Assembly (NCBI GenBank): GCA_964445715.1
Contig: CAYULJ010000003.1
Coordinates: 1 to 35,195 of the forward strand
DNA from: an uncultured Planctomycetia bacterium
Lineage (GTDB): Bacteria; Omnitrophota; Gorgyraeia; Gorgyraeales; Gorgyraeaceae
Length of the DNA stretch: 35,195 nt
Direction: 5' to 3'
Notes under the pieces: model-generated
What the model was told of the DNA's origin: nothing
Databases searched by the model: none
What the model saw: the letters and a program-made list of their open reading frames with translations, nothing else
Shown here: piece by piece, positions 34,729 to 35,195 of the stretch
How positions within the stretch are numbered: position 1 is the stretch's first letter
Layout of the letters: each line of letters begins with the position of its first letter
Position numbers and translations under genes: made by a program

Positions 34729-34769
34729 CTTAAGTTTACACTTCAACAATGTTAAAGTGTAAACTTAAG
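34729..34769. repeat. 41-bp palindromic element, family A (consensus, C..A form)
   Basis: cttaagtttacacttcaacaatgttaaagtgtaaacttaag. Confidence 0.95.
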
Positions 34770-34776
34770 AAAGGAT

Positions 34777-34800
34777 GTCATTCCCGTGTAAACGGGAATC
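34777..34800. repeat. GC-rich hairpin element, family C (GTCATTCCCGT-GTAA-ACGGGAATC)
   Basis: Stem ATTCCCGT/ACGGGAAT. Differs from the 26476 copy by a compensated C>T/G>A pair. Lies 7 nt from the family A copy. Confidence 0.85.
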
Positions 34801-34805
34801 TAGCT

Positions 34806-35195
34806 TTACTTATTATAGTCCAGCTCGATGTGCCTGCCTTCTTCCAGCTCCACTACGACCTTGCGCTTCAATGCATTGACGCTTATAACCCTGCCCTTAC
34901 CCTGTTTTGTCTTGATCTTTTCGCCCTCCTTCGGAAGGCCTTTTAAATATTTCCTGTAATTCTCATACTCATAACCGAGGCAACACATCAGCCTGCCGCA
35001 ACACCCTGAGATCTTAGAAGGGTTGAGCGGCAGGTTCTGTTCCTTTGCCATTTTTATCGTCACTGGCTCAAAGCCCTTTAAAAAACTAGCACAACACAAT
35101 GACCTCCCGCAATGCCCGAATCCTCCCAGCATGCGCGCCTCATCCCTCACGCCTATCTGCCTCAGCTCTATTCTCACCTTGAAAATAGAAGCCAG
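34806..35195 (-). CDS. PSP1-domain protein (YaaT/RicT-like), 5' end outside the window
   Basis: Cys-rich PSP1 C-terminal domain (GHCGRSLCCASFL, GCCGRLMCCLGYE). The frame stays open to the window edge. Confidence 0.8.
   Translation of the reverse strand: MASIFKVRIELRQIGVRDEARMLGGFGHCGRSLCCASFLKGFEPVTIKMAKEQNLPLNPSKISGCCGRLMCCLGYEYENYRKYLKGLPKEGEKIKTKQGKGRVISVNALKRKVVVELEEGRHIELDYNK

Noticed and set aside
1426-34769. Is the regularly recurring 41-bp repeat a CRISPR array?
   Set aside because: The 'spacers' are complete housekeeping genes of 0.1-3 kb with highly variable length. The repeat occurs in both orientations. No cas genes or leader are present.
34749-34946. 65-aa ORF MLKCKLKKGCHSRVNGN...
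   Set aside because: It starts at the repeat-internal ATG, reads through the family C hairpin and then runs antisense to the PSP1 gene. It is an artefact of the repeats.

Overview
AT-rich bacterial chromosomal segment, probably from an uncultivated lineage. A pilin-like H-X9-DG-type fragment and domain-minimised aaRS genes hint at an Omnitrophota/PVC-like organism, but that is inference only. Gene content is almost entirely housekeeping. On the + strand: a tRNA-Cys/Leu/Val cluster with a free-standing LAGLIDADG endonuclease gene, thrS-infC-rpmI-rplT, trkH/trkA-type K+ uptake genes, pheS, a small secreted protein, pheT, a candidate 6S-like sRNA, rarA, a ThiI-like PP-loop ATPase, a decayed ISNCY-like transposase and a putative OM beta-barrel. 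On the - strand: aroC-pilD-aroE, leuA-ilvC-ilvN-ilvB-ilvD, greA, alr, tsaB, tsaE, thiL, mtnA, a DUF362 Fe-S protein, a CPBP protease, tatD, nifS, metG and a PSP1-domain gene. The outstanding feature is not a gene. A 41-bp palindrome (CTTAAGTTTACACTTYAACAWTGTTRAAGTGTAAACTTAAG) sits in essentially every intergenic gap longer than about 40 bp, including gaps inside conserved operons. There are 20 full-length copies (8 identical over 41/41), 2 fragments, and 2 longer composite elements (94 and 110 bp) that share its termini. The copies show compensatory arm substitutions and occur in both orientations. Their termini supply the stop codon of 9 flanking genes, and the central region of another copy supplies the aroE stop. 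They also create false MLKC[KE]LK N-terminal extensions in the ORF track. I could not identify a cognate transposase or binding protein in the window. No defence, secretion or biosynthetic 'system' is evident beyond this repeat network.
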